A stretch of 64,000 nucleotides of DNA. It comes from Octopus sinensis (lineage: Eukaryota). The first letter of the stretch is position 1, and each line of letters begins with the position of its first letter. Made by a program: the position numbers and the translations under genes. Below the pieces are notes generated by a model. The model was not told the origin of the DNA, made no database searches, and saw only the letters and a program-made list of their open reading frames with translations. The DNA lies in NCBI RefSeq assembly GCF_006345805.1, contig NC_043001.1:14756001-14820000 (forward strand), in the 5' to 3' direction. Positions 47,570 to 60,733 of this stretch are shown in pieces.

Positions 47570-48635
47570 TAAATGTATATTTCATTCTTTTTTTTTACCA
47601 TGTCCCCTCCTTTTATGCCTGTTTCCCCACCCCACTTAGATTAACACTACCTTCTTCCGTCGTCCTGGTTGCAATTATAGGAGATGATGGTCATGATGAT
47701 GATGATCATCATCATCGTCATCCTCATCATCACTACTGTTGTTGTTATAATGTCTCCTCATGTGATGCCTTCGTGGCAAATAAAAACAATTGTCATCATC
47801 ATCATCATCGTCATCATTATTATTCACATCAGGATGCGTCTGTGAGTGTGTTTATGTTAGTAATAATAATTAATAGTTTATTAATTACGACTCATTTCCA
47901 AACATATTAAAACATTTCACATGACTAAGCATATTGTGGGAAGACAATGGCCACTTAAATGAATCTCAAGATCAAATGGAGGGTTTGTCATGACAGGATT
48001 TTGAATTTTAATGAATATTGGTAAACTTTCCTGTTTAAGCGACAGACACGGATTCTACAAATTCTTGTTGTGTAACATGCATGGATGACTTGTTCATAGT
48101 GACCAAATGTTTGGACTGTACATTAGCTCACTTCCTCCATCAAACCAACATTACCTGTACAGGTGCACGATGTACCAACTTTCACATCAGATGTAAAAGT
48201 GAAAGTGATCGCAGAGCAATGTAAAATGATGTGTTTTGCTCAAGAACATAACACACTGCTGAGTTCTGGAATCGAAACCACAATATTGCGATCATAAGTG
48301 CAATGCCCTAACCACACTGAATATTATAAATAACATAAACAACCAAACACACACACATACACAGGGTAAACTATTGATTATGATGATCATGCTTAGCTGA
48401 TAAGGTGTAATAAGATGAAAACACGTCAGGCACTGTTTCTGTGTTTGCCAAAGATGAGTCCCCTCACTGCATTAACTATTTTTATTGAATGGGAATCTGA
48501 TAGATCAACACATTTCAAAATAATTCCTTTATGAGACTTGTCATTGATGGCTTTGTTTGAAAATATTTATTTCTCGTTGTAGGCATAGTCTTAGATAATT
48601 AAGGTTATTATGCTTGCTGGATTAGCTGTGTAATC

Positions 48636-49052
48636 GGTGCCAGTGTAGTATGTGATCTACATACATGTTTCTGGTGTATCTCGTAATCTACATTAGTTCA
48701 AATGGTATGGTTTGTGATCAACACTGACTTTTTTGATCTACATTTAAAATCCATTTATTTACTCGACATCCGGTTAGTTTGGTATATAAACCAAAACAAA
48801 ACATTTAAATACTCTTAGTCCTGGGCCCATTGAAATAAATGGTGATGAGAGCAAAAGAATTTTACACACAGGTTGTTGGAGATGAAGAAGCTGCAATAGA
48901 ATTTCTCCGACGCTATGAACTCCTAGTTTAATTCATTACACTAATTATATTTGCAAATTTATAACAAAATTTTGAATATAGATCACAAATTAATCTAGAT
49001 TTAAGTTGCTGTTGATTACAACAGCATGTGGATCACATACTACACCGGCACT
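48636..49052 (+). mobile_element. Second internally deleted Merlin-like element
   Basis: Homologous to 31269-31727 in opposite orientation; from 48845 MRAKEFYTQVVGDEEAAIEFLRRYELL. Confidence 0.65.
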
Positions 49053-49370
49053 CATCATCATCATTGTTTAACATCCGTTTTCCATGCTAGCATGGGTTGA
49101 ATGGTTCGACCGGGGTCTGGGAAGCCAGGAGGTTGCGCCAGGCTCCAGTCTGATCTGGCAGTGTTTCTACAGCTGGATGCCCTTCCTAACGCCAACCACT
49201 CTGTCAGTGTAGTGGGTGCTTTTTATGTGCCACCAGCACAGGAGCCAGAGGAGGCTGGCAGCGGCCACGATTGGTTGGTGCTTTTTACATGTCACTGACA
49301 TGGATGCCAGTCAGGTGGCGCTGGCATGTCACGTTCGGGCGGTGCTTTTTACATGCCACCATTGATTATA
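49053..49370 (-). mobile_element. RTE-related retroposon
   Basis: Same family as the 34680 copy. Confidence 0.85.
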
Positions 49371-49959
49371 CAAGCCAAAAGAGGAATCTGAGCGAAGTCC
49401 CTTCACAGAGTATAAGGAAGACTGTATTTGAGCAAGGGAACCCTAGAAATACTATGGTCAAAGAGTGAGTGGCAGTTGGAGACGTTAAATGCAGGGTAAA
49501 GAAAGTGAAAGAATTATGATAACAGCGAGTTGTAGTGGGAGGTTTTGCAATAGTTGGATTAGCAGGCATTTTTTAAAAATTAAAATGGATCTGCAAATTT
49601 TTGTCACAAACTTTTGAAGAAATATATTTTCGCTTAAATTTTGTAGCTTATATGCAAATGGGAAAAATGGAATAAAAACTTAAAAACTTAAAAACGAATC
49701 ATGCTACACTTTGATTTTAACTGATGGAATTTCACACTAACATATACGAGCTAAAACGTGTATATATATATATATATAAAAGTGATATAACTTTTGTTTT
49801 TCTGACTGAATCATTTAAAGTATATGACATGACAGTTTCTAAGTAGGAAGGTGTTAAACGACCAGAGTTAGAGAATAAAAATGAATTTTGACAATGGTGG
49901 AAAAATAGAAGGCGTCACGTGTTTTAAAGGAAAAAGCAGACGACACTCAATCACTTAAG

Positions 49960-50518
49960 CGTGTGTGTGTGTTTGAGCGTGTGCGTGCGTGTGTGTGTGT
50001 GTGAGTGTGTTTGAATGTGTGTGTGTGTGTGTGTTTGAATGTGTGTTTGAATGTGTGTGTGTGTGTATGTTTGAATGTGTGTGTTTGTGTGTTTGAACGT
50101 GTGTGTGTGTGTTTGAATGTGTGTGTGTGTGAGCGTGTGCGTACGTATTTGAATGTGTGTGTGTGTGTGAGTGTGTTTGAATGTGTGTGTGTGTTTGAAC
50201 GTGTGTGTGTGTGTGTGTTTGAATGTGTGTGTGTGTGAGCGTATGCGTACGTATTTGAATGTGTGTGTGTGAGTGTGTTTGAATGTGTGTGTGTGTTTGA
50301 ACGTGTGTGTGTTTGAATGTGTGTGTGTGTGAGCGTATGCGTACGTGTTTGAATGTGTGTGTGTGTGAGAGTGTGTTTGAATGTGAATGTGAGTGTGTTT
50401 GAATGTGTGTGTGAGTGTGTTTGAATGTGTGTGTGTGTGTGTGAGTGTTCCACATGTAAATTATGAGCGAGTTAGTGTATAGAGATATGCAGGTACATAT
50501 TTGTACATGTATGTATAT

Positions 50519-50568
<50 letters not shown>

Positions 50569-50748
50569 CGTGCGTGCGTGTATGTATACATATATGTATG
50601 TATATGTGTGCGAACGTGTTGTGTGTGCGTAGATATGTATATGTGTATATTTGAAGTATACACACGTATATGTATGTGTGTATGTACACTTGTGTGAGTT
50701 GCCTTTGTCTAATCTTTTCTTTCTCCCACTTTTCCTTTAACGCCCATA

Positions 50749-50784
<36 letters not shown>

Positions 50785-51200
50785 TGTATGTATGTATGTA
50801 TGTATGTATGTATGCACGTATGTAATGTATGTATGTATGTATGTATGTATGTATGTATGTATGTATGTATGTATGTGTGTATGTATGTATGCACGTATGT
50901 AATGTATGTATGTATGTATGTATGTATGTATATATGTATGTACATGTATGTATGTATGTACATGTATGTATGTATATATGTATGTACATGTATGTATGTA
51001 CATGAATGTATGTATGCATGTATGTATGTATGTATGTATGTATGTATGCATGTATGTACATGTATGTATGTATGTACATGTATGTATGTATGTATGTATA
51101 TATGTATGTATGTACATGTATATATGTATGTATGTACATGTATGTATGTACATGAATGTATGTATGCATGTATGTATGTATGTATGTATGTATGTATGAG
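49960..51200. repeat. TTTGAA(TG)n minisatellite followed by (TG)n and (TATG)n tracts
   Basis: Direct inspection; source of the 420-aa HT-rich ORF. Confidence 0.95.
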
Positions 51201-51282
51201 TGTATATACACATACATACAGTTGTGAGTGTGTTTTTTGTACTGTTTCTATGTAATATATATATATATACATACACACACAC

Positions 51283-51321
<39 letters not shown>

Positions 51322-51584
51322 GACAAAGAGAGAGAGAGAGGGAGAGAGATGGAGAGAGAAAGAGACAGTGAAGGTAGAGAGAGAGAGAGATGTAAATCCG
51401 TGTATATTTGATAAATTATATATTCGCGTGTGATTATTCGTGATGAAATATGGAATCGTATTTCTGTTGACATTAAACTTAATGTCTGTGTATATATTAA
51501 TATATGACCCGTGTTCCTATGTGCAGATTGATGGTTATGCAAACCTGGACATCACATTAGATAATGCATGTGTGTGTATACATA

Positions 51585-51620
<36 letters not shown>

Positions 51621-51622
51621 TA

Positions 51623-51676
<54 letters not shown>

Positions 51677-52140
51677 TATATATATATGTAAGTATATAGC
51701 ATGCATATATGACTTAATATGTTTGTGTTAATGTGTTTGTGTGTATGTGTTAGTGTGTTAATGTGTTAGTGTGTATGTTTTAGTGTGTGTATGTGTTTGT
51801 GTTAATGTGTTTGTGTTAGTGTGTTTGTGTTAGTGTGTTTGTGTGTTAGTGTGTATGTGTTAGTGTGTGTATGTATCTTTTCACTACGTTTGATCTTCTC
51901 CCAAGACTACACTCTCTTTAACGAGCAAATTACTTGAATACACACAATTTTCACACGATACTCTAATATTAATGTTTAATCAAAGACTCCCAAAAGATTT
52001 GTAATTCTATGTCAGAAACGAACTCACAGATTTGTAGTCAATTTAATGGTGCCATGCATGCAACTCCAGGCCCCTGGTTCGTTTTTGCAACTTTCTGCCG
52101 ATTAAAAATGAAAAGACGTACGAATATAAGACATATAATA

Positions 52141-53453
52141 CTAGCAGTATCGCCCGGCGTTGCTCGGGTTTGTCAGGGAAATAACTATATAAGCATTTTT
52201 AGAGAGTTATAGCCAAAAAATAGCAAAAAAAAAAATGCATTAAAAATGGAAAAAAAAATTATGGTAAATTTTTTTTTAAATCGTTCACTCATCGTAGACA
52301 TTTTTAGAGAGTTACTTCCCTTATATAATAGCGAAAAAATGCATTAAAATGGCAAAAAATGATGGTAAATTTTTTTTTAAATCGTAGACTCATCGTAGAC
52401 GCGCGCTAATACTCAGACGGGCTCGATATGAATCACGACTATAACATACCCGGTTTTGGTTAAACTGCACTGCAAAATGTGGGAGTAGTTAGGAATCTAA
52501 ATCGGAGTAGACAGACACACAACCTTTCTTTTATATATAAAGTACTAGCAGTATCGCCCGGCGTTGCTCGGATTTGTAAGGGAAATAACTATATAAGCAT
52601 TTTTAGAGAGTTACTTCCTTTATAGATGCCAATTCGGGCTTTCTTAGCCATTTCTGTTTTGGTGTCTTCAAGCCATGAAGTCGTTGTTCTAAAAGAACGC
52701 TGGTCTCCTTGACAACGCATTACGACGTTGATTTCCTTAAACTCCCTTCCCCACAGCTTCACGAGGGAGGGAAGAAGGGGGAGAAGCAAACACAGGTGCA
52801 GGTGTTTGAGCGTGGACGCCAACTCCGCCGCCATCGACACACGAAAAATTATGCATTAAAATGGAATAAAAAATTATGTTAAATTATTTTTAAAATCGTA
52901 GACTCATCGTAGACGCGCGCTAATAGCCAGACGGGCTTGGTATTAATCACGACTATAAGATACCCGAATTTGGTTAAACTGCACCGCAAAATGTGGGAGG
53001 AGTTAGGAATCTAAATCGTAGGAGACAGACACTCACACAACTACAGTTTTATATATATATTTATATATAAAGCTGAAGTTGCGTGCGTATGGCAGGTTTG
53101 GTAGCCTTCAACTAACACTATCTCCTCCGAAACCCTGCGGCGCAAGTTGACCAAAATTGAGAGTATGATAGAAGATGGCTTGCTCTTCCTTCCGTAGAAG
53201 AAAAAATTCAAATCGGACCATGTTAACACCAAAAATTATTTACATCAAAAAGGTGCTTTTTTTTCTATGAAAATCCCTATCTTTTACGATTTTTTGACTG
53301 CTGTGTCGCTATTTTTCGGTGTATTTCAACCAGAAAAATAAAATGTTCACTTAAAGAGAATAACAAGCTACATAATGCAAAACTTTTACTTTTCAAAATT
53401 TCCAATTCTAAAGGGTCGAAACAAATCCGAGCAACGCCGGGCGATACTACTAG
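52141..53453. mobile_element. Helitron cluster: two tandem minus copies (52141-52542, 52545-53060) and one plus copy (53061-53453)
   Basis: Each has the hairpin+CTAG 3' end; the minus copies match the 29518 family; copy 2 carries a 216-bp insert. Confidence 0.8.
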
Positions 53454-54036
53454 TATATAATATTCTTATGTTTCTCAAGGATTTCTCAAGAGTAAAAGGG
53501 ATGGGATGTGCTACTCCTTTACAAGAAAGACGAGGAATGGTTTTATTAGCAATGGTGGTCATGGTGGAGAGCGGGTGCATTGGGGAAAAATAACGATTCT
53601 TTAATTTTATGTATTCATAGGTATGCTTGAAATCCCATTAAGCAAGATTAATTAAAAAGTTATAAGGCGTTAAATAACCAGAGAATTATGATGCTTTATT
53701 TAGTCTATTGGAATATTAGGAGCAACTAATATTAAATTACTGTTTTGCTCCGTCAAATTAAAACCGCTTCTTTTTCGCATGGGTTTCAGAAAGTATTATA
53801 CATGAATGGTTTCAAATTGAATGAGGGAGTAATTTTGTTCACCGAGCGAGTTTCTATTCGATCCGGCGTAACGTGGAGGTACGACATTCTTGAAATAAAA
53901 CCAAATTTCTCTCAAATCATACTCTATTGTCTTAAAAAAGGGAAGACATATTGGATTATTTTAGTCCTGGCTAAACATTGTTTAGAAACTCACTGAGAGA
54001 TCCCGGAGAGATTTCCTTTCGTTGTAGGCCTGCTCA

Positions 54037-54309
54037 GAATTCCTTCGCTATAACTCGACAAAATTAAAATATTTCACTCCGGGTATGTACGTGGGTTGTG
54101 GAGTATAGATATAACGAAATTATGCCAGCAATGTCTCGTTTTAAACTCGAAGAAAAAAAAGCCTTGCGTATTTGTTCTTATCTGTTTCAGTGTGTGTGTA
54201 AAATCCGCAAATTTCCAAGCAGAAAACAGAATCGAACTTTCATTTGCTTCCACGGAAATACCCGATGTGAAATGTTTTGATTTTTGTCGAGTTATATCGA
54301 AAGAATGCC
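54037..54309. mobile_element. 273-bp MITE with ~50-bp TIRs and 9-bp TSD
   Basis: TIR (A/G)G(A/C)ATTC(C/T)TTCG(C/A)TATAACTCGACAAAA; TSD GGCCTGCTC (54028-54036, 54310-54318). Confidence 0.8.
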
Positions 54310-54716
54310 GGCCTGCTCAGGGAGGACAAACATAGAGAGGTTAACAACAAAATCATCATCAGCAACAGCAACGACGACAAATTAAGGTTAAACCTATTCT
54401 TCGGAGATAAAGAATGCAGTTGCTTTACACGTACGGACGCACGCGCGCGCACACACCACATGTATACATTCATTCACGCGCGCGCGCAAGTATTTCAATT
54501 GATCAAAATGTAAACTCTGTAACGTCCATTTTGCTCTAAAGATCTTCAACCCAAGATACTCAAAATGCAAACTTATATAAGTTTTTGTAATTTAAATTGG
54601 ATACGAAGTGAAACAATTGTAGGAAACGCTAAATAATTAATAAATTAATTTATATCCATTGAATCTCTCTATTTTCAAACTTATTAATACATATTACATA
54701 TTATATATACATAAAT

Positions 54717-54870
54717 ACTAGCACTATGACCCGGCAACGCCGGGTCATAGTGCTAGTGCATGCACATACAGCTGCGTGCGTGCGCACATACAGCTAGTTG
54801 GCATTCAAGTTTCGGGCATTTTGATTGGGTTTTGGATAGAAAATTCACAAAAAAGTCACTTCTATTGAAC
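54717..54870 (-). mobile_element. Helitron 3' part (4573 family) with inverted hairpin loop
   Basis: Body matches the reverse complement of 4745-4900; loop AAC instead of the expected GTT. Confidence 0.8.
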
Positions 54871-54900
54871 ACACACACACACACAGACATTTTACAGTTT

Positions 54901-54944
<44 letters not shown>

Positions 54945-54946
<2 letters not shown>

Positions 54947-55287
54947 TCTTTTGTTTGTTTCAATCATTTGACTGTGGCCATGCTGAAGCACCACCTTTAG
55001 TCGAACAAATCGATCCCAGGACTTTTTCTTTGTAAGTCTAGTACTTATTTGGTCGGTCTATTTGGCTGAACTACTAAGTTACGGGGACAAACACACACAC
55101 ACACAAATATATACATATATACGACGAGCTTCTTTGAGTTTCCGCCAACCAAATCTACTCACAAGGCTTTGGTCGGCCCAGGTCTATAGTAGAAGACACT
55201 TGCCCAAAGTGCCACGCAGTGGGATTGAACCCGGAACTATGTGGTTGGTAAGCAAGCTTCTTACCACGCAGCCACGCCTGCGCCTAT
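54945..55287 (-). mobile_element. CORE-type SINE with internal deletion
   Basis: Family head and tail present. Confidence 0.85.
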
Positions 55288-56232
55288 GTACATAAACATA
55301 CATATATTTCTTTTTCATTTGCGGTATCCACGCTGGTCACTGACATAGGAGCATGCCTCTTGTGTTTAAATCAAGACAACTCTTTGGGTTTGCGGTTATC
55401 TGAATTGGTTAATGTGTGTGCCTTTTGTGTGCTTGTGGGTGGGTATGGATAAACGTGCCAGTGTAGGCGTGCGTGTCAGAAAAGAACACAAGTTTCTATG
55501 TTTCATTATTGTTTTGCTTATGTACGCACTTGCAGATGTATTCCATATATTCCATCATACGATTGTGCGCATATATTCATCCCGGAACTTCAAACGGAAG
55601 AATTCTGAAATGTTTTACAAGTGTTCACTGTTCTTCTAATCGATTGTATGTATGTATGTATGTATGCATGTATGCATGTATGTATGTATGCATGTATGCA
55701 TGTATGCATGTATGTATGTATGTATGTATGTATGTATGTGTGTGTGTGTGTATGTGTGCGTGCATGCATGCATGCATGCATGCATGCATGCATGCATGTA
55801 TGTATGTATGTATGTATCAGTGACGTGCAGTTGAGGCAGGCAAGTCATGCCCTGTATTTCCGTTTATTTTTTATATAACTCAAAAATTAATTTAAGAACG
55901 AAATGTATTTATAACCACATTGAAAAGTTGTCCAAATCATTGGAAACTGAACTAAAATAGTTACTTTGTTTCAAAGGAAACCCGTCCAGATTCAATACTT
56001 TGCTTTTCAATACTTCCGCTTCCTGTAGACATGCTTAAAGAAAAACGCATAAGAAATCTCATGTCCTCTCCTCCCTTTCTTTCAATAACTATCATTTCTC
56101 TCCAGCCTATCTGTTAAGTCAATGCCCTTTTTAGCCTTTCTCTCACTTTGTAATTGATGTCGCTGACGCGACTAGCTAAGTCGTTCAATAGGTTTGACTT
56201 TTTGATCCGTAAAAATTCTGACCAAAACATAT

Positions 56233-56734
56233 TGTTACGGAATCACCCGTCGTCGCTCGCCCGAACGGACAAGTTCGTCACGGAACCCAAAGAGGAGAGA
56301 GGAGAGATACAACGACAACCACAGCAGCAGCACAGAGAGATACCGGGGCAACCGAGAGAGACACAAAACGGCAAGGCAACAACTGGCTTACATTTAACAC
56401 TAGTTTATGACAATCAATTGTTGCACATCAAATACATTTAAAGGAAACATTTAAAGGAGGACATGCACGTGACAACTCAATACATCATACAACAGATCAA
56501 AGCATTTAAACATGCAAGTAACAATATAACAGTCCGGAGACAACAGTTCTATTTCAAAGGTACACGTCCGAAGACACATTAAAGGCCTAACAGTTCAATT
56601 GTTCATTATACAATGTTCGTATCTCAACAATTCACGTTACAATTCAATGTTCATTATCGACTACATCAGAGTCCTTCTTTTTCTCTCTCTTTCTTCTTTC
56701 TCTTCTTTCTCTTTTTTTCTTTTACATCGTAACA
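56233..56734 (-). mobile_element. Solo LTR, 502 bp
   Basis: TGTTACG...CGTAACA inverted termini; 5-bp flanks CATAT/CGTAT differ by one transition at a CpG. Confidence 0.7.
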
Positions 56735-57706
56735 CGTATCAATACAATTAAATACCTTAATTCCTAATTAGAATAGCCAGTGTCCCATATTGTCGTTCCT
56801 CTCCAACAGCCGCATATTCCTCTGTATATCTCCCTCCGTGCTGCTAGCTCCAACCTGCCAAGCTCTCGCATCCCAACCGCTTGCCCTGACAACCAAAATC
56901 CGACTGTCCTCTTTGACGACCGAATACCAACTGTCCCTCTATCACTACCCCTCAATCTGTCTCTACTGCTCATACCCTCTCCATCTGCTCTCAGCCCTAA
57001 CTGCCTATCTCTATCCTCAATCTGTCTCTTAGCCTTATACTCTCTCTCTATCCCGCCTGGTCCTATGTCCCTATCTTTATCGGCGCTGCTGCCGTCATCC
57101 TCTCTATCTGCTCTCAGATTCCTTACTCTATCTTTTTCACTACTTCTTCCTTACTCTATCTTCAAGGGGTGTTTAGAACGACCTCTAGTTCACCCGAAAG
57201 GGGTCGCAGATTTACCCAGAACCGATCAATCCACCTGAATCTGACAGGACAATGGGTTTATCCCAAAAGTAGGTCACTGCCAACTGTCCCTAGACTGAAC
57301 CATTCATAGCAATATCAACAATCACATAATTCTTAATTAATCAGCTCAAATTTTGCCGTGACTTTGGAATATCTATTTCGCTCTGTCGTAAGATTTGAAA
57401 GTATTATCTTTAACCATCCGCTGTATTGAACAAATTTTACAAAATTCTGAAATCAGAAATATAAAATAGCTAATTAGTCTTTCGTTGATTTACTAAAATT
57501 ATCTTTCCGTTTTGTTGAAACTGATTTACAAATTCACACACACGTACACATGCACTATTACTTTCATAAGATCTCCTTAGGAGTCTCAAAATAGTTGTCC
57601 AAATGACTGAAACATACACACAAATATAGGTACTCTTTAGCTATCTCCCCCCCCCCACCCCCCATTAAAAAATTGGGTTATCTCCCCCCGTTTTACGAGA
57701 AATATC

Positions 57707-58567
57707 GGTACTTTTGATTATCTCCCCCAACTAAAAAAATTGGGATTTTTACCTTTTCACCGACAGATTTTTTAAAATAATTTTTTGTAACTAAACACTT
57801 TCAAACTTCGGACACTGGTAGAATGTGTCATATAAAATATCTTTTACTCTTAGCATTTTTGAGAAAAACTTTATTTACGAAGTTATTTCACGTTAAAGTT
57901 GTCCTATTTCGGTAATTTCAACCAATCAATGACGTGTATTCAGCTGAATAAAATTACTGCTGTTGTTTGTCAACAAGAACTTCCGGCTGTGTATTTTTCG
58001 TTTGTCACTGTTATTTATGACAACCCTAACCCAAACTCTAAAACCTTAACCCTAACCCTAGCCCTAAAACCCTAACTCTAACCCTAAAACCTTAACCCTA
58101 ACTCTAAAACCCTAACCCTAAAACCCCAACATTAACTCTAAAACCCTAAAACCTTAAAGCTAAAACCAGTACAAATGCACGATGTCAGAAATAACAGTGA
58201 CAAACGAAATATACACCGCCAATAGTTGTTGTTGACAAACAACAGCAGTAATTTTATTCAGCTGAATACACATCATTGATTTCTTAAATCTGTCGGTCAA
58301 AAGCAAAGATCCAAAAATTGTTTAACACTCCATGGAAAATTAATAAACATGAAGAGTGAATGGATAAAACATCGTTTTGAATCTGATATTTTTTTTATAA
58401 CAAATCATATCATGGCTATTCAACAAAGTGTTGAAGTATTTAAATCAAAAGGATTCTAACTCTTTAATTCAATCTCTTGTCCTCACATTAACTCTCTTTT
58501 TTAGTGGTGAGATAACCCAATTTTTTATGGCAATTTTTTAATGGGGCTGAGATAACCAAAAAGTACC
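57707..58567. mobile_element. GGTAC-ended TIR element interrupted by a GGATC-type MITE
   Basis: GGTACTTTTGATTATCTC ... GAGATAACCAAAAAGTACC; an extra end fragment at 57629-57690; no TSD found. Confidence 0.55.
57743..58312. mobile_element. GGATC-type MITE with 8-bp TSD, internal 97-bp inverted arms and a telomere-like core
   Basis: TSD AAAAATTG (57735-57742, 58313-58320); arms 57926-58022 and 58183-58279; degenerate (CCCTAA)n at 58023-58167. Confidence 0.85.
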
Positions 58568-59114
58568 GTGAATAAATCATTTTCTTTTACATGCTTTCAA
58601 ATTTTCTTTCATCATTAGGTAAGCGTAATTTAAATCTCTTCGTTTTCTTGCATGTTGCGATATTTCACATCTTCGCTACTCCCAACAAATGAAAAGAGAC
58701 GATAGGTTTTTTGTTTAGTGTTTTAGGCCTTTTTACAATGATGAATTTTCGCTGTCTTTCATTGTGTGTGTGTTCAATGTGCGTAGTCTTTTAATGTATG
58801 GAGTTCAATAAGTATCAGAACAGGCTGCTCGAGTGAGTGTCAATTATTTCTCGAATTTGGCGAGTAGCTTGATAAAGCAGCAGATTTGTCTAAAACCATG
58901 GCCCTGTTTACGTAACTAAATGTGTTCTCTTAGTGAAATAGTTTCAAAATGATTCGGCTCAACCAATAAGTATTTATTGCATGACCAACTTCAGAAGACA
59001 CCCGCACGCCACTGGTATGTATGTATGTATGTATGTATGTATGTATGTATGTATGTATGTATGTATGTATGTATGTATACGTGTTTGTATGTATGCGTGT
59101 ATGTATGTATATAT

Positions 59115-59340
59115 GAAATCCCCCCCCCAAACGAAGAACACACACGCACACAAAAACAACAACGCAAGGACGTGGTGTATGTAAAGTATTAGCAGACGCT
59201 CAGGAAAGGAAAGAAAGGTGGTTTAACGTTTCGAGCAAAGGCTCTTCTTCAGAAATAAGAGACAGAGGAAAGTCGATGAGAAAAGGAAGACGGAGGGGAA
59301 AAAATCGCCAACGATTCACAAGTGGCTACATTTTGAAATG
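59115..59340 (-). mobile_element. Family A fragment
   Basis: Homologous to 2281-2460; abuts (TATG)n. Confidence 0.65.
59221..59255 (-). ncRNA. Minimal type I hammerhead ribozyme
   Basis: UUU CUGAAGA A GAGC-CUUU-GCUC GAAA CGUU/AAA. Confidence 0.72.
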
Positions 59341-59411
59341 TATGTATGTATGTATGCGTATGTGCGTGTATGAATGCATTTATATTCTGTACATGTAAGT
59401 AATGTATGTAA

Positions 59412-59793
59412 GGCGGTGAACTGGCAGAAACGTTAGCAGCCGGACGAAACGCTCAGCGGTATTTCGTCAACCGTTACGTTCTGAGTTCAAATTCCGCCAA
59501 GATCGACTTTGCCTTTCATCCTTTCGTGGTCAATTAAATAAGTACCAGTTACGCACTAGAGTCTATATAATCGACTTAATCCCTTTGTCTGTCCTTGTTT
59601 GTCCTCTCTGTGTTTAGCCCCTTGTGGGTAGTAAAGAAATAGGTATTTCGTCTGCGGCTATGTTCTGAGTTCAAATTTCGCCAAGGTCGACTTTGCTTTT
59701 CATCCTTTCAGGGTCGATAAATTAGGTACCAGTTATGCACTGGGGTCGATATAATCTACTGAATCCGTTTGTCTGTCCTTGTTTGACCTCTCT
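59412..59793 (+). mobile_element. Meta-like SINE dimer
   Basis: Head plus body, junction GTAAAGAAATAGGTATTTCGTCTG at ~59640, then a partial second body. Confidence 0.88.
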
Positions 59794-60467
59794 GAGGTCG
59801 ATCTAATCTCACTTTGTCCAGCCACCCGTCTCTTTTTTCCCTCGTCCATTTGTGCTATTTCACATACCCAGCCGGCAAAAATTAGTAATACCTGTATTTC
59901 GAAGGGCCAGCGTTGTCACTTCCTGTGTTACGCTGAATCTCCCTGAGAACTACGTTAAGGGGATGCGTGTCTGTGGAGTACTCAGCCATTTAATTTCACG
60001 AGTAGGCTGTTCCATTGATCGGATCAACTGGAACCCTCGTCTTCCCCTACTTACATTTTTACCTACCCACTACCTATGTGTGTATGTGGGCATGTATATG
60101 TATGTGTGTGTTTGTGTGTTCGTATGTTTGTGTGTGTGTATGTGTATGTGTGTGTGCACTTCTTTACTCTTAGTTCTACTGGTAATATGTAACCCAGTAC
60201 AACTTATCGCATGACCGAGCCCGTCATGTGACTAAACCAGTGGACCTAACGAACCTATTTCTTTACTACCCACAAGGGGCTAAACACAGAGGACAAACAA
60301 TGACAGACAAGCAGAACGAACCAGCATGGTTGAGAGGGTGGCGTTCATTGGACACCCTTCAAGAAGAAAAACTAAATCCTTCAAAGGGTGACTGAACCCT
60401 AGAGTTAACGACATCTAAGAACTGGGAGTGACAGGCCTCTAGTCTTCGTTTAGAAATCTCTCTGGAA

Positions 60468-60733
60468 CAGTGATTCCCAGACATTTTCGGGCTGCTGCAC
60501 TCTTGGCACCCAAGCTACACCCCAAACACCCCACCCCACTAACCATCACAAACACAGACCTCTTTCAGAAGCAAATTCAAAGCAACTGCATCTCATAACT
60601 AAAACTTAACTTAATGTTTTTACATCAATCGCCCTCTTTTGACCACCCCTATTATCACCCCACTTTTTTTCAACGCCCCCTTGGAACGTTCCACCGCCCC
60701 TGAGTGGCGGTACCGCCCACCTTGGGAACACTA
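60468..60733. mobile_element. Probable hAT MITE
   Basis: CAGTGATTCCCAGAC ... CCTTGGGAACACTA termini; TSD not clean. Confidence 0.45.

Noticed and set aside
49955-51542. 420-aa and 277-aa HT/YI-rich ORFs and similar CVCV/YIYI ORFs throughout the window
   Set aside because: Translations of di- and tetranucleotide microsatellites
58023-58167. True telomere or chromosome-fusion scar
   Set aside because: Degenerate, short and enclosed within a MITE with a TSD
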